Shown piece by piece: positions 52,141-64,000 of a stretch of DNA of 64,000 bases. Within the stretch, counting starts at the first letter, position 1. The number at the start of each line of letters is the position of its first letter. Origin of the DNA: Ylistrum balloti. Lineage: Eukaryota. Where the stretch lies: positions 868,001 through 932,000 of the forward strand of contig NW_026782370.1 in NCBI RefSeq assembly GCF_031769215.1, in the 5' to 3' direction. The notes beneath the pieces are model-generated. The model saw nothing but the letters and a program-made list of their open reading frames with translations, ran no database searches and was not told where the DNA came from. The position numbers and the translations under genes were made by a program.

Positions 52141-52628
52141 TTGTCCTACAAAGCAAACCACAATAGTGCCCAGCTAGTCTTACAAAGTAACCCACAATAG
52201 TGCCCAGCCTGTCTTACAAATTAGCCCACAATAGTGCCCAGCTTGTCTCACAAAGTAGCCCACAATAGTGCCCAGCTAGTCTTACAAAGTAGCCCACAAT
52301 AGTGCCCAGCTTGTCTTACAAAGTAGCCCACAATAGGGCCCAGCTTGTCTTACAAAGTAGCCCACAATAGTGCCCAGCTTGTCTTACAAAGTAGCCCACA
52401 ATAGTGCCCAGCTTGTCTTACAAAGTAGCCCACAATAGTGCCCAGCTAGTCTTACAAAGTAGCCCACAATAGTGCCCAGCTAGTCTTACAAAGTAGCCCA
52501 CAATAGTGCCCAGCTTGTCTTACAAAGTAGCCCACAATAGTACCCAGCTTGTCTCACAAAGTAGCCCACAATAGTGCCCAGCTAGTCTTACAAAGTAGCC
52601 CACAATAGTGCCCAGCTTGTCTTACAAA
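52141..52628. repeat. 34-bp minisatellite, about 14 copies
   Basis: cttacaaagtagcccacaatagtgcccagcttgt in tandem. Confidence 0.97.
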
Positions 52629-55600
52629 CTACTACCTTCTATAATTTTATCTTCTTGGAATCACAAATATGTAAATGAATTATTCGCAGGACGAGTTAAT
52701 TATACACAACACATAATTTATCAAAATAATAAGTACACGAGGTCCAATTTCAAACATGATAATTAAATTACACAATTTCTGAAAGTCATTAATGTGTGAT
52801 TTATGTAAATCTTATTCGAACAGGGTTGCTATTTCTGATCACAATATTCTAAATACATAGAAGATTCAATTCCACATAGATTAAGTAGAATATTTTCAAG
52901 CCATTAAATTAAAGAGAAAAAGAAAACATTCTGAATGCTATACTACCAATGTTTGTGTTGGGTTACACTTGCTGGGGTATTTCAGTTTAGTTTGCATTAT
53001 CAATGACAAGGCTGAATTTCATTGAATTCAAAAACAGTCTGATTTGGCAGATCATCAACGACAAGCACATAAATGAATCAAATGATCAATTACTAGCAAT
53101 ATTCAATATACTATCTACAATTCTACCCTCAAGAGATTTAAATATGAAAATAACAAAAAAAACCATACAGTCATGAGATTGCATGTTTAAAGTCAGGCAT
53201 GACCTACAAGGATAATTATTCTCGTCGGTTCTAATATTTCTATACATGAATTATTTCCCTCAGTATATATATAGATATTGATATCTGTTTATCTACATCT
53301 CTAATCGAGACAGTGTACACCAGAAGATTAAGTTATTTGTACGAGTAGATATGTACTCTAAGTCTTTATTCATATCTTTAAGAATATTATATGACATTGA
53401 ATAGAAGAAATCAAACTTTGACAGATTCAATGTTTTGCCTGACATGGTATTGATAAAAGTCTTTACTGACAAATGTTAACACCACATACACACATCCATT
53501 CATCATGATCACTATGACAAAAAATTAGCGAATTGATACATAGATATCCGATTTCCCTCTAACACCATAAGTTCAATCAATTATCTGCATTACAGTATCA
53601 CATTCTCAAAAATGAACATACACTTTCGAATTTTCCGCACTGTTTTGGGCCAAAAAGTACAGGTATTAGATAAATATAGGTCCATTTATAGGGTTGCAGA
53701 TGAGCCCGAAGAGGACATTACATACTAAGTAGACTTAGATAGGACATCTATCTAGATAAATCTGTGGTAGATCCACCATCAGTAAACAAACCTCTGATGA
53801 CAGACAGTTTGATAGAACTAATACATTTATCTGCATGTCATGCCAGAGTTGTAGATCAAATCTACAATAAGTACTTGGAGATTAGTGGTGGAGGAACTGT
53901 CAATACAGAACAGATCAAATCTGTTAGAAATTGGGGTCAATTTACAAGTGGTATCTCCATATAACATCTCAAAATTCAGAGAATGCTTTCAAATGAGAAC
54001 ATTCTACAATGTTGAATGTTGTAATCATGTACTAGTTTGCTAGCAACCCTTTAATTTTACAATACCAATGGCATAAACCTTGGCCCTGATAAGACTATAT
54101 AATCAATGATCGATATTCTCTACAGCAAGTATATGCGTCACTCTATATTATTGTTTTGGTTTTTTAAATCAAGAGCAGAGGACATGTTGACATCTGTTGT
54201 AATGTTGTAATGGTGAGTCAACATGATCTATCATGATATTGCCCCCCAACATAAAATAACACACATCAATAGTCTATGTAATAAGTATGTAGATTTACAG
54301 TAACATTTAGATCTGATGTGATTACCTAGAAATCTGTTCTGATAAATATCAACATTGTATACAGTTATAACTGAGATATATTTTACAATTTTGAAGTGTA
54401 GAATAAAACAAAACAAAACTGAACTCCTATGATCTACATAGTATAAAATTTAGACCAATGAGTAGCTATAAAAGAGATTTACATATTTCTGTTGTTGATT
54501 ATTTCAAACATAGTTACATTTGGGTAGTGAAAAAAATCACACAGGAAGAATGCCACACACACCAACAATTATCTTCCAGGATAAGTAATTTGCCTTAAAT
54601 TTGTTAGCCATGGTGATAAGTAAGGAAAACTAGGACCATTAAAGCCTTTGGCTGGTACCCAACATCAATGCTTAATGACATCCCAACAATCTATTTGTTC
54701 TGAGCGTGAGGTACCCGACGGTAAGCCACGATTCAACACTTGGTATTATCAGGCGCCACTTCACCTATCAGCCATTTGTAATATATCCTAGTGATTAAAG
54801 CTCAACGACTGAAACAGCTCCTCAACCACATACTGGCCAGTACCTCCACGGCTGTCATTATGTACAATTTCATTTTAAAACTTGTAATGAGAATGAAATA
54901 ATGAATAGCTCCTTTTGTATTTTCTTCATCGTGAAATACTGGACAAATCCACTAATATCTCACTGTCTCCTGTAACGACTCACTGCCTCAGTACACTTTA
55001 TTAACGTAGACTACCCTGTAGGTAATTAGTCGCCTGCACCCATTACTTAATGGGGTGTAAGATCATGACAGTTCCACAAGTGTCAAGTGAAGATTTTGTC
55101 AGTATACCTTTATAACTACAACCTGTCGACAGTGTTTCCTATATAGATACCCCCTGTCCTGAAATCAGGAGACAATACTGTGTCCTGACATCTACCAGGA
55201 ATAACTTTGTTCTCAAGCCATGAGACCAAGACCTCTTGAATTTACCAGAGACACTGGGATTTTAAGATTGCTGAGGTTGATGTCCCTGTAGTTCAGAACA
55301 TTTCACCCTATTTCTGCTTAAGTCTCCCTATAACAGATGAGGACACAACATTTCTCATCCTTCCATTCCAGGCATCACTAAAAAAGTATAAAGCTATACA
55401 GCGTCTGAATTTTCATGTATGGCCCTGACTACTTCATTTGCTTTCTACCATGTACGTTTTAAAAGAGTATCCCCAAACACTAACTTCTGGGTTTGTCACA
55501 TAACCTTGTGGCAACCTAGTCCGATTCATAGGTACTTGCCTTCCATCTAGATGTGCTGGGTTTTATTCCCTGAGTGGACGTAGAAGGATATGGGGGTCAC

Positions 55601-57651
55601 CTGCTGGACTGATTTTCTCCCACAGTGAAGACCCCTTGCATGCTTCCAACAAGAGTGATTGGTATAAGTTACAATAACTTGTTGCCCAATTGTTGTAAAG
55701 TTTAATCTAATTAAATAAACAACAGCTTACAGGAAATCTAAAAACACATCAAGGCTTTTTTTCAAGGTGGCTGCCAATAGGTTTATTAGTAGTAGAGGGT
55801 AAATCAAATCCTGAACGACACATATATCAAGGGAATTAGGTATATATGAACTTGGTAATAGGACCTCAGAGCCTGTCACAACTTGGTGCCGGTGCAATCT
55901 CCTGACAATGTCTGACCCTTGGTACAACAAAATTATGCATAAAAAAAAAGAACCAGATCTTTATCAGGGTAGAAAAATGTCTCTGATAAGACTCGAGTGT
56001 TTAACTGATGGTAGTCAAATTTCAATTGATTATCCATGATAAGTTCTATCTATCAACACGGTATACTCATACACAGTTGTCTATAGAACAAGTCTGGGAA
56101 CCTCTGCCAAGTTTTATCCTGTAATTTTAATTGATATATTACAGAGGTAGAGCCTACCAGAGTGATAAATAGACAAGCCCGCCATGGACTTATTTGATTA
56201 TCATTATATTAAGTGTGGTGGTGATATCAACAGGTAGAAAAATTGTGTAGATCAAAGTTTGATGTCCACATCTTCCTGTAGAGTCAACTCTTGAAGCAAT
56301 TCACATTAACAAATTTCATCTAACATCATTTATTGGATAATGCTTATGATTTCATCTATGAAAATAATGCAAACATCAATCTATTTTTTAACCTTTACTA
56401 ACAATACCAAAACAAGTAAATATCAACATATTATATATACTTTTTGCTAATCAACTCTAGATTTCCAAGATCCTACAATCTAGACAAATTAAAATACCTT
56501 AACTATTAAAGATGTCTGTTTAATTTGAATATTTTATTCATAGCTAGCAAAAATTCTACACAGAGCAAATCCAGTCTTACATGCCTATGTTAATTCTAGG
56601 CAGCCGAGAGACTACTTATTGTGCTAAAGGGCAGTGAATGTCACACGAAGTTCCCAGGGCCAGTCTACAATATACTGGTATCTCTGGACAAGAGATGTTA
56701 CCTCATATATTACTCTACTGTCATCTACACACATTTAATTGAGTATGAATTTCCACTTATCAACATCAATTTACAGTGGACCAATTAACTTTCAGAAAAT
56801 AAACACTTTGAAGTGAGAATCATTTGTGCATTTCTAACGCCTGTCACTATTCTAAAATTCTTGTCAACAAAATGTCCCAAGACAAACTTTATCATGTTAA
56901 AACTTAACATTTCTGCATAATTAATTTCCATGATTGATAATACAATAGTATATTATCTTATAAATATTCATGAATCTTTTTGATGTTTATCAAATTGCTG
57001 CCTTATTTGCATCAAACATGCACGACTACACTAGCATGAGATATCAGTTACATAATTGTTACTGTGATGATAAATTTGGTTTACTCTTCTTAACAGTCAA
57101 TTAATAAAACACATACTAAAAATGATTTAACAAGACAAAAACAAAAAACATTTAATCATACACAAATCCTGCACCACATATCCTTGAAGTCTTCTGTCGT
57201 ATATATAAATATCATGTACCATATTTATCAATCACTATATATAATACCTCATGTTTGGTAATATGATCAACACCACTATCTGTGGAAGTAGAATAACAGT
57301 ATTTACAAGTAATAAGCCTCCTTATTCCTTCCCTTCCCCCCTGTCCTCTCTTATTATGTGGTGTTAATATCTCTGGGCTTATTGAATTATTGAGTGATAA
57401 GACAATATGTATGCCATCAAATCCCTAATAATTAACAAGCTGAAATATTAATCAGTGTCCCTGATATGATTGGTCTGAAACAGTCCCAAACTGGAATGTC
57501 AACTAAAAAACCAATCAAACACAAGAACTACAAATAGATCAAATGTTGACTTATCATTAATTCAAAACATTAACATTGAGCAATATTAGTTATCTCTATC
57601 ACAAAATCTAAAATCTTAACTAAAAATTGAAAACCCATGTTTAAAACTTAC

Positions 57652-57823
57652 TAGGAATTTTAGATGTCTTCGGTGTTTCTGGAAATTGGAAGACATTATC
57701 ATTTTCATCAATGTCATCAAACAGTTCCTTGAAATCATCAAATGGCGATGTGTAGTGCATTAACGGCGATGACCAAAGATCACCATTGAGTTCCTCAGAG
57801 GTGGGGGATTGATCTGAACTCAT
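57652..57823 (-). CDS. Candidate alternative first coding exon of a TOG1-less CLASP isoform (MSSDQSPTSEELNGDLWSSP...FPETPKTSKIP)
   Basis: ATG in AGAATGA context, 57 codons, then a perfect phase-1 donor CCTA|gtaagt; upstream acceptor ttttgtatcatag| at 57904 with stops in all frames before the ATG (5'UTR). Confidence 0.68.
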
Positions 57824-58854
57824 TCTCCTTCACTCAGAAGCTTGGCATTGATGGTATGATGCTATGATACCATTCTTCTTCTTTGCTGCTTGATTCTCAC
57901 ATATCTATGATACAAAACCATGCACAAAAACACACCAATTCCAAGACCATCGTTTTCACCAGAAATCCCGTTGAGATCAAGTATAAATCCCATATATTAA
58001 CTCCTGTATCACATTAATCCAGTAGGAACATTAAGGTGACAAAGAACTTCTCTTAACTGTTTAAGATTGGGCATCATATATACATTACAAATCCTATGAT
58101 GCAGAAGAAAAAACAATTTAAAACTTTTTAATTTTACAATTTTTCACATTCTCCACATTTCACAGGCGATTTCACTGCACAAACATGGGGCTGAATGACA
58201 TCTCTCACGTAGTGTGTCAGTGAATATCTTTGTACAACACTGAATACACACACTTATTTTAAATGCTTTTTACACTTCTACATAATGCTTTCATCAACCA
58301 GCTCTATTTTTCCACAATCAAAATACATTTTTTTTCTTTTTGTATTCCAATATCTTTCCTCTGGGCCAGCACTTCTCTGTGTAAGTGTTATCAAACAAAA
58401 CAAATAATCAACAGTACATAGAAAATGGATCTGGTCCAATTCTGTTGGTGAGAAATTTAAATTCAATCAGTCATCTTCTGACATGATTATGAAACATAAG
58501 AGGGCGATATGGTATGTATAGTTCACCATGCCTGAGCGACCTACGACCGCCTGAAATGGACTGATGAAAATCTAATAGGTAAAGACATGATATATGAAAA
58601 GCTGCCTCCAATCTAGGTACGTTTGATTATCCAGGTAAAACAGTATTGAGCGTCGTCCGATCTCCAATCTGCTGACAATAGTGGATCCCGACCCCAGGCC
58701 ATGTTAAGGTTAGGGACATTTAATCCACTGGAATGGTGCCATGATTAGTGTTTATATAGCGTTCTACACATGGTCACCCGTCCTCAGCATACTAGTCCTC
58801 AGCTTACTAGTCCTCAGTGTACCAACACTGACGTATGTACAATATTGTAGATAA

Positions 58855-59847
58855 CAGGTGAAAACAAGAGTCCATCAGTATCTCACACAAATATCCAGTT
58901 GACTAATGAGTTGATATGATCAAATTAGTACCAACATGCAGTCAGTTAGGGAGGTAGATAGTCCTGGACAGGTGTTTGTTAGTCCACCCCCTAACGTATC
59001 TACCCTGTCACTGACTCGACGGTGTTTGTATACAATCATTATACACACATGTCCTCATTACATACCTTACACCTGTCTTTCTACTGACGACTTGTGCACA
59101 GGAAAAGTACAGGTGTAAGAATGCATCAGCCAATCAATGACACCTGGTCAGAATCTTACAGGTAGTACAAGATGTATTTCTAGTGGTCACTAACATACTC
59201 ATTGGGGTAATGGTCAGCTGCATAAAGAAAGGCTCTAAAGGTACTCTACAGGTAAATCACAGGTACTCTTCAGGTAAAATACTACAGAATTCTTCAGGTA
59301 AAACACAGGTGCATAAACGCTCCGTAGGTCCCTTGAACTCCAATTTCACCTTGGAAACGGATTACTTTGAACCTCAAAGTTACCTATATGGAAAGAAAAC
59401 ATATAGGCAATCACAGTCACTGATGAACTCTACCAGTTCTGTACCATGAAAATGTAAATCTGGTCACTGAATCTCATCCAACATTTACTGTAAGTACTGA
59501 ACATCTAGAGTGGCCAACTGACCGTTCATAAACCAGACGTCATCCAGGCGGTTAATGAGACCTTGGCAGCATAATGTACCACTTTAAAAGTCAGGTGTGT
59601 ATCTGTGTAGTGATATCCTTGCCTGTCATCACAGCACAAGTATATCAGAAACCTGTCATAACAGTTTGTGCACTACTCAGGTGTAAAGGAGCACACACAG
59701 TTAATTCAAATGTCAGCTGGCATCACGATACAAAAATCCTGCAAATTATTCCACAGCACTGAAAGATTTAATTCACTCTGTCTGGACGGCCAGAACCAGG
59801 AAATAACTGAGAGGGTAGCTAGCCAGCTCACTCAATTACCGCAGGTG
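58855..59847. promoter_or_regulatory. Homotypic CAGGT(A/G) E-box-like cluster, candidate cis-regulatory region upstream of the 57.9-kb alternative exon
   Basis: 13 CAGGTR/YACCTG sites counted in about 1 kb, plus CCAAT at about 59130. Confidence 0.35.
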
Positions 59848-62163
59848 TAACACTTCACATTTTTGAATTTAGAATTCAAACAATGGCAGAAAACTTTTTC
59901 CATAATGAAAGTGAAATATATTCTCAGATTAACTAGAATCTGTAATTACACTTCAATGTCAAGACAGGTCTTAAACATTCCCAGACAGAACACATGTGTC
60001 TTTTAGTGTTATAAATTTCTGATAAAACTTTTTTGAAATCTGTCTATGACCTTGAAGCATGACTGACACCTTTTCTCACAAGGAACACTGCTGATGTCAC
60101 AAACACATGTGATGACCCTTATTTGCATAATAACACCCTTCAAGGTAATTATGTACAACTTATCAGTCAGATCAAAGCAAGTTTTTAATGTGGCGTAACC
60201 AGGGCGTATGTATGTCACTTGAATATGATAACGCATAGTATTTTACAGCGCACTGCTCTTACTACACACAACTTCTACACATCCCCAGTGTTATATACAG
60301 TTGTCTTCTGTATAAAGAGACTGTAGATTTTTCTTCAGAATGTAAACACAGACACAATCAGTACAAAAATGATATCCAAATTTCAGTAAATTGTAGTTAA
60401 CACAAAACAAGAGGCCTCAATTGTTACTGGAGATAAGCAATATTGAATATAAATGTTATAGGGTAATTAAGTTGCTTTATGTGTCACGAAAAAGATATTG
60501 TGACAATGATGACAGGTAGGTCTTGTTGCACAAACCTGTTACAACATTGCTACTGTGGTTACAAAACTGATGTTCTGATCAGAGTGTAAAACAACAATAT
60601 CATCTCTTTTCTTTTCCTGAACAAATCAAACTCTAAATATTTTTCCAAATGGTGTGAATAAAACTTCGGAAGTAGTTCGAACTATCTGTTCACGAGGAGT
60701 TATGTTGGATTGTGGACCAAAGCGAAAAAAAACTCAACTACCCAGTAAATTCTTTGGTTATACTTTTTTTCATATTTATATAAAATTTTGTACAACAATT
60801 TTATATTTTTGAAATATTTTCTCAGGATCATCTGACAGTTCCTTAGTTCCTCCTATAGGGACTCCACATAATAATTATGAAGAGATTTTTCAGTGTCTGT
60901 ATTGAGATTAAGAACAGGTCTATACATATAAGCTTAACACAGAGCACATTCATTATTCTTTAATCACTTTTTTGTACCTAGAACCAGAAGGGTATGTAAA
61001 TTGGTAATAATACCATCAACAACCCAAAATAGATTACCTTTGACACACATTGGATAATGCAATTTTTTTTCATCCCAAACCATCTGTGAAGATGTTGGTT
61101 CTCTAACGCCCTAAAATCTCCCCCAAAAAGGATGTGACCCCAGCAGGTAAACTGTTTCACCTGGCATCTTTACAATGACAAATGATTCAGCTTTAACCAT
61201 GTAGAGACAAGAAGTTAACAGGCAAAAATGTCAGCCATGTGGTAAAGATATTCCCACAAGCAATGAATGAAATCATACGGCATGGTATTATAGCGACAAT
61301 TACTGGGGACATTACACATAAAATCTGTAGCTTCCCGGGCCAAGTGATGTGTGGAACACATTGCATTACCTCTACAACATGATACCTAAGGAGGGACTAA
61401 ATACAGCTACTTCAGTACCTATCTATATACCTATATCTGTCCAAGGTCAACCAATACCTTAAATATATTACAGTACATTAATATAACAAATCAGATTTTT
61501 CTCCAAACATGGGAACTACTTTTCTTAAGGTAGAATTACAGTAAAACCACATTAAACGAGTTCAAATTGATAAATATTTCATTTGGTTATCACTAAGATG
61601 TACTTCATAATAGATAAAATCTTAATGTATTCCTATATCACAAGTTTTCAGATTAAGTCTCACCTGGCTCCCTGGTATATATATAAAGCCCTGTATCTGC
61701 TCAGGATCTAATTTCATCTTTAGGAAACACAAAACCAGTACTCCAATAAAGATACTGGACACACCATCAAAAGAAATCGGGTTCCATTCAATAAGTCCTC
61801 AACAAAACAACTTCATTTTCTTCCAGATTTTAGTTTCTATTTGCCTTGTATAGTGTATGAATATATTATTTGCACCTGAGAAAAATGATGCAAAATCTGC
61901 AAAGTCATTGTTAATTTGATATCTTTTTTTTTTCTTTTTAAACTTTTGTTTTTGTGATAAGAACAATACAAAACAACATGGACAGGAGAATTTTAAAGCT
62001 TTTGATGCAGCAGCTGTAATGTAAACCATGTGTTGACTGTCCTCTGTCACCCCATTGTACCAGAGTTGATAATATGTGTTACTATGATGGGTGGAGCTTG
62101 TGTATAAACAGTACTTTGACCAAGTCTTTTATGTCAGTAGATATATACAGGGTGGGATAGAGA

Positions 62164-62495
62164 CAAGACCATCAGTACTATGATACCTTACTACAAATAC
62201 CAACAAGTTTTGAATGTCATAAATACAATGTTAATTGCTACTACTTCCTCTAGAGCACCCATGAACTTAGAATCAAGACCATCAGTACTATGACATCCTT
62301 ACTACAAATACCAACAAGTTTTGAATGTCATAAATACAATGTTAATTGCTACTACTTCCTCTAGAGCACCCATGAACTTAGAATCAAGACCATCAGTACT
62401 ATGACATCCTTACTACAAATACCAACAAGTTTTGAATGTCATGAATACAATGTTAATTGCTACTACTTCCTCTAGAGCACCAATGAACCTAGAGT
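62164..62495. repeat. About 110-bp tandem repeat x3
   Basis: caagaccatcagtactatga...agagcacccatgaacttagaat starting at 62164, 62274 and 62385. Confidence 0.95.
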
Positions 62496-64000
62496 CATTC
62501 TCATCTGACTTTCAGGGTCTAACAGGTCAGATACATTCAATATTTAACTTTTCATCCATTTATTACTTTTTTTCAAATGTATTAACAAAGTTGGTCATTT
62601 TTGCCAGACATTTACCACCTGTAGTTATCATAACTGAATACATATATCTGATATATCTAGATATCAGTGTTAGTAAGATATGCCTGCACTAGTGTGGAGT
62701 ACTTATATGAATACAAACTGATACACTACCTGGTTCAGTCACCCAGACATGTATATAACCTAGACTGTCAGCATCACATATCAGGATAGGACATTTCAGT
62801 TACAAAAGGCTCCACGGGCCTGTAAATGCTGATTTGGGAAGCTTTCTGTAATGACAATGGGTCTGGGTTTGACAATGGAAGGTATTCCAGATTATAATTT
62901 CCCTGACAACCTGGCATGTAAATCCTCAGTCAGAATTTACCAGTGAAATGTTATCCTCGTTTGCTGTAAGCTGGCATGTCAGTGCTGCCAGCTAACAGCA
63001 ACATGCCTGTCTGGTGTTTTTATCACCGCAGGAGGTCTAGTACTATTTTCTGTAAGGAGCATGTGCAGAAAGCATACATAATTGGTCGCTAACTACACCC
63101 ATAGTTTCTACATAAACTCATCGGGGAATGCTGCCTTGTAATGCACTTAACCAACCCCTGTATGCGTTTCTCACACAGTGACAGGTACCACAGTGTATCA
63201 TATTTCTATTTTTTACACACAACAATAAAACTATAATATGAGATCTATAACAAATTTCTACTAATGCTTTGTTTTGAAAATCTGAAATGCATTACAGCAG
63301 ACATCAGCTACCTATGTATATATTGATGTAGCAGATGCAAGAAAATAGCTCAAGGTTATTTCTTCTGCACACACATCACATGACAGTATTGTGATGCTTC
63401 CTTAAGAATGATGGATCTGCTTTGATGGGATGGTGGCTCATATAACTTTTCTTTATCAACCATGTGGTGTGCTATTACAGAATTAGTTGTTTCAAGATGA
63501 GGGGATCATTTTCTGAGAGGAGACAACAAAGTACTATAAGTCAGTGACCGGATTTTAATCTTAATTCAAATAATCCTCTTAAATTACAAATAGGCCACAT
63601 TAGGATAGGTGTTGGATTATACACACTTTTAATATCAAAATAATAGACATTAATGTTAATCTACCTGGATTAGAAATGCAGGTTACAAAGCTCCAGAAAT
63701 ATGTAATCAGGCAAATTCTCATTTTCGAGGGAGGTAATCCTGTAATTCCTTAGTGAGATAATCTATCAGGCAATTATTACTAAATATTCCATCTCAGTCT
63801 TTTGTTGCACAGAGTTTATTTCAAGTGATAATTTTAATCAACACCTTGTCAGCTTCTAGACTAGAAATTGTTGATCACATACATGTATTAAAGTTTGTCC
63901 AGTCTGAAAAATTATCTCCCTTTAATTCAAGTGACAGATAAAGATTTTAATTGTAGATTACAACATTAACTATTTTGGAGGTTGTACTAAGATATACGTC

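Larger units (their letters stand above)
493..57904 (-). other. CLASP: CLASP (CLIP-associating protein / Orbit-MAST) gene, partial span; continues beyond the left edge; TOG1 exons presumably beyond the right edge
   Basis: Hand-spliced exons give e.g. GAGSVDEDYFMKSFEDV..LFSSRDL..KDLRSQIVREACVTLA..LIPNSAKVMASSG..WPTHVLEKH..GISDPDSDAR..SQGASREGSP..ELEDAMADAL..RRRYDTYDSDDAASETSSVCSERSY, colinear with remembered vertebrate CLASP1. Phases are compatible across all junctions. Confidence 0.97.

Noticed and set aside
6031-52628. Regular repeat arrays as possible CRISPR loci
   Set aside because: Head-to-tail tandem units with no unique spacers, inside a spliced eukaryotic gene; no cas genes.
50853-55930. 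Minus-strand ORFs 50853-51083 and 55727-55930 as TOG1 exons
   Set aside because: No resemblance to CLASP TOG1 HEAT repeats; the GTAAGC donor at about 55730 is in phase 2.
29251-64000. U4atac snRNA (human RNU4ATAC lies in a CLASP1 intron), tRNA or snoRNA genes
   Set aside because: No recognisable U4atac, tRNA cloverleaf or convincing C/D box pair by eye; an Infernal/Rfam scan would be needed to exclude them.

Overview
AT-rich animal genomic DNA, most likely from a bivalve mollusc (inferred from pearl/HINE-type repeats and base composition). The window lies within one minus-strand gene, CLASP (CLIP-associating protein; CLASP1/CLASP2/Orbit orthologue). I reconstructed 17 core GT-AG exons by hand, and the reading frame stays open across every junction. 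They run from the post-TOG1 linker (29250) through TOG2 and the Ser/Arg-rich EB-binding region to the start of TOG3 (493). The gene continues past position 1, and no TOG1 exons were recognised up to 64000. About 17% of the window is unrelated minisatellite arrays, plus non-autonomous Helitron-like elements. Most ORF-track entries are artefacts. The most notable observations are: (i) an intron that begins with 16 tandem 71-nt units, each shaped like a complete GT...AG mini-intron (a recursive-splice-site-like array); (ii) a duplicated, probably mutually exclusive exon pair; (iii) candidate alternative N-terminal exons for TOG1-less isoforms, one of which creates an SxIP motif; (iv) a 24-nt microexon at the position of the vertebrate CLASP microexon, with Rbfox motifs downstream of three small cassette exons; (v) a candidate cassette exon carrying an RVxF motif and an acidic tract.
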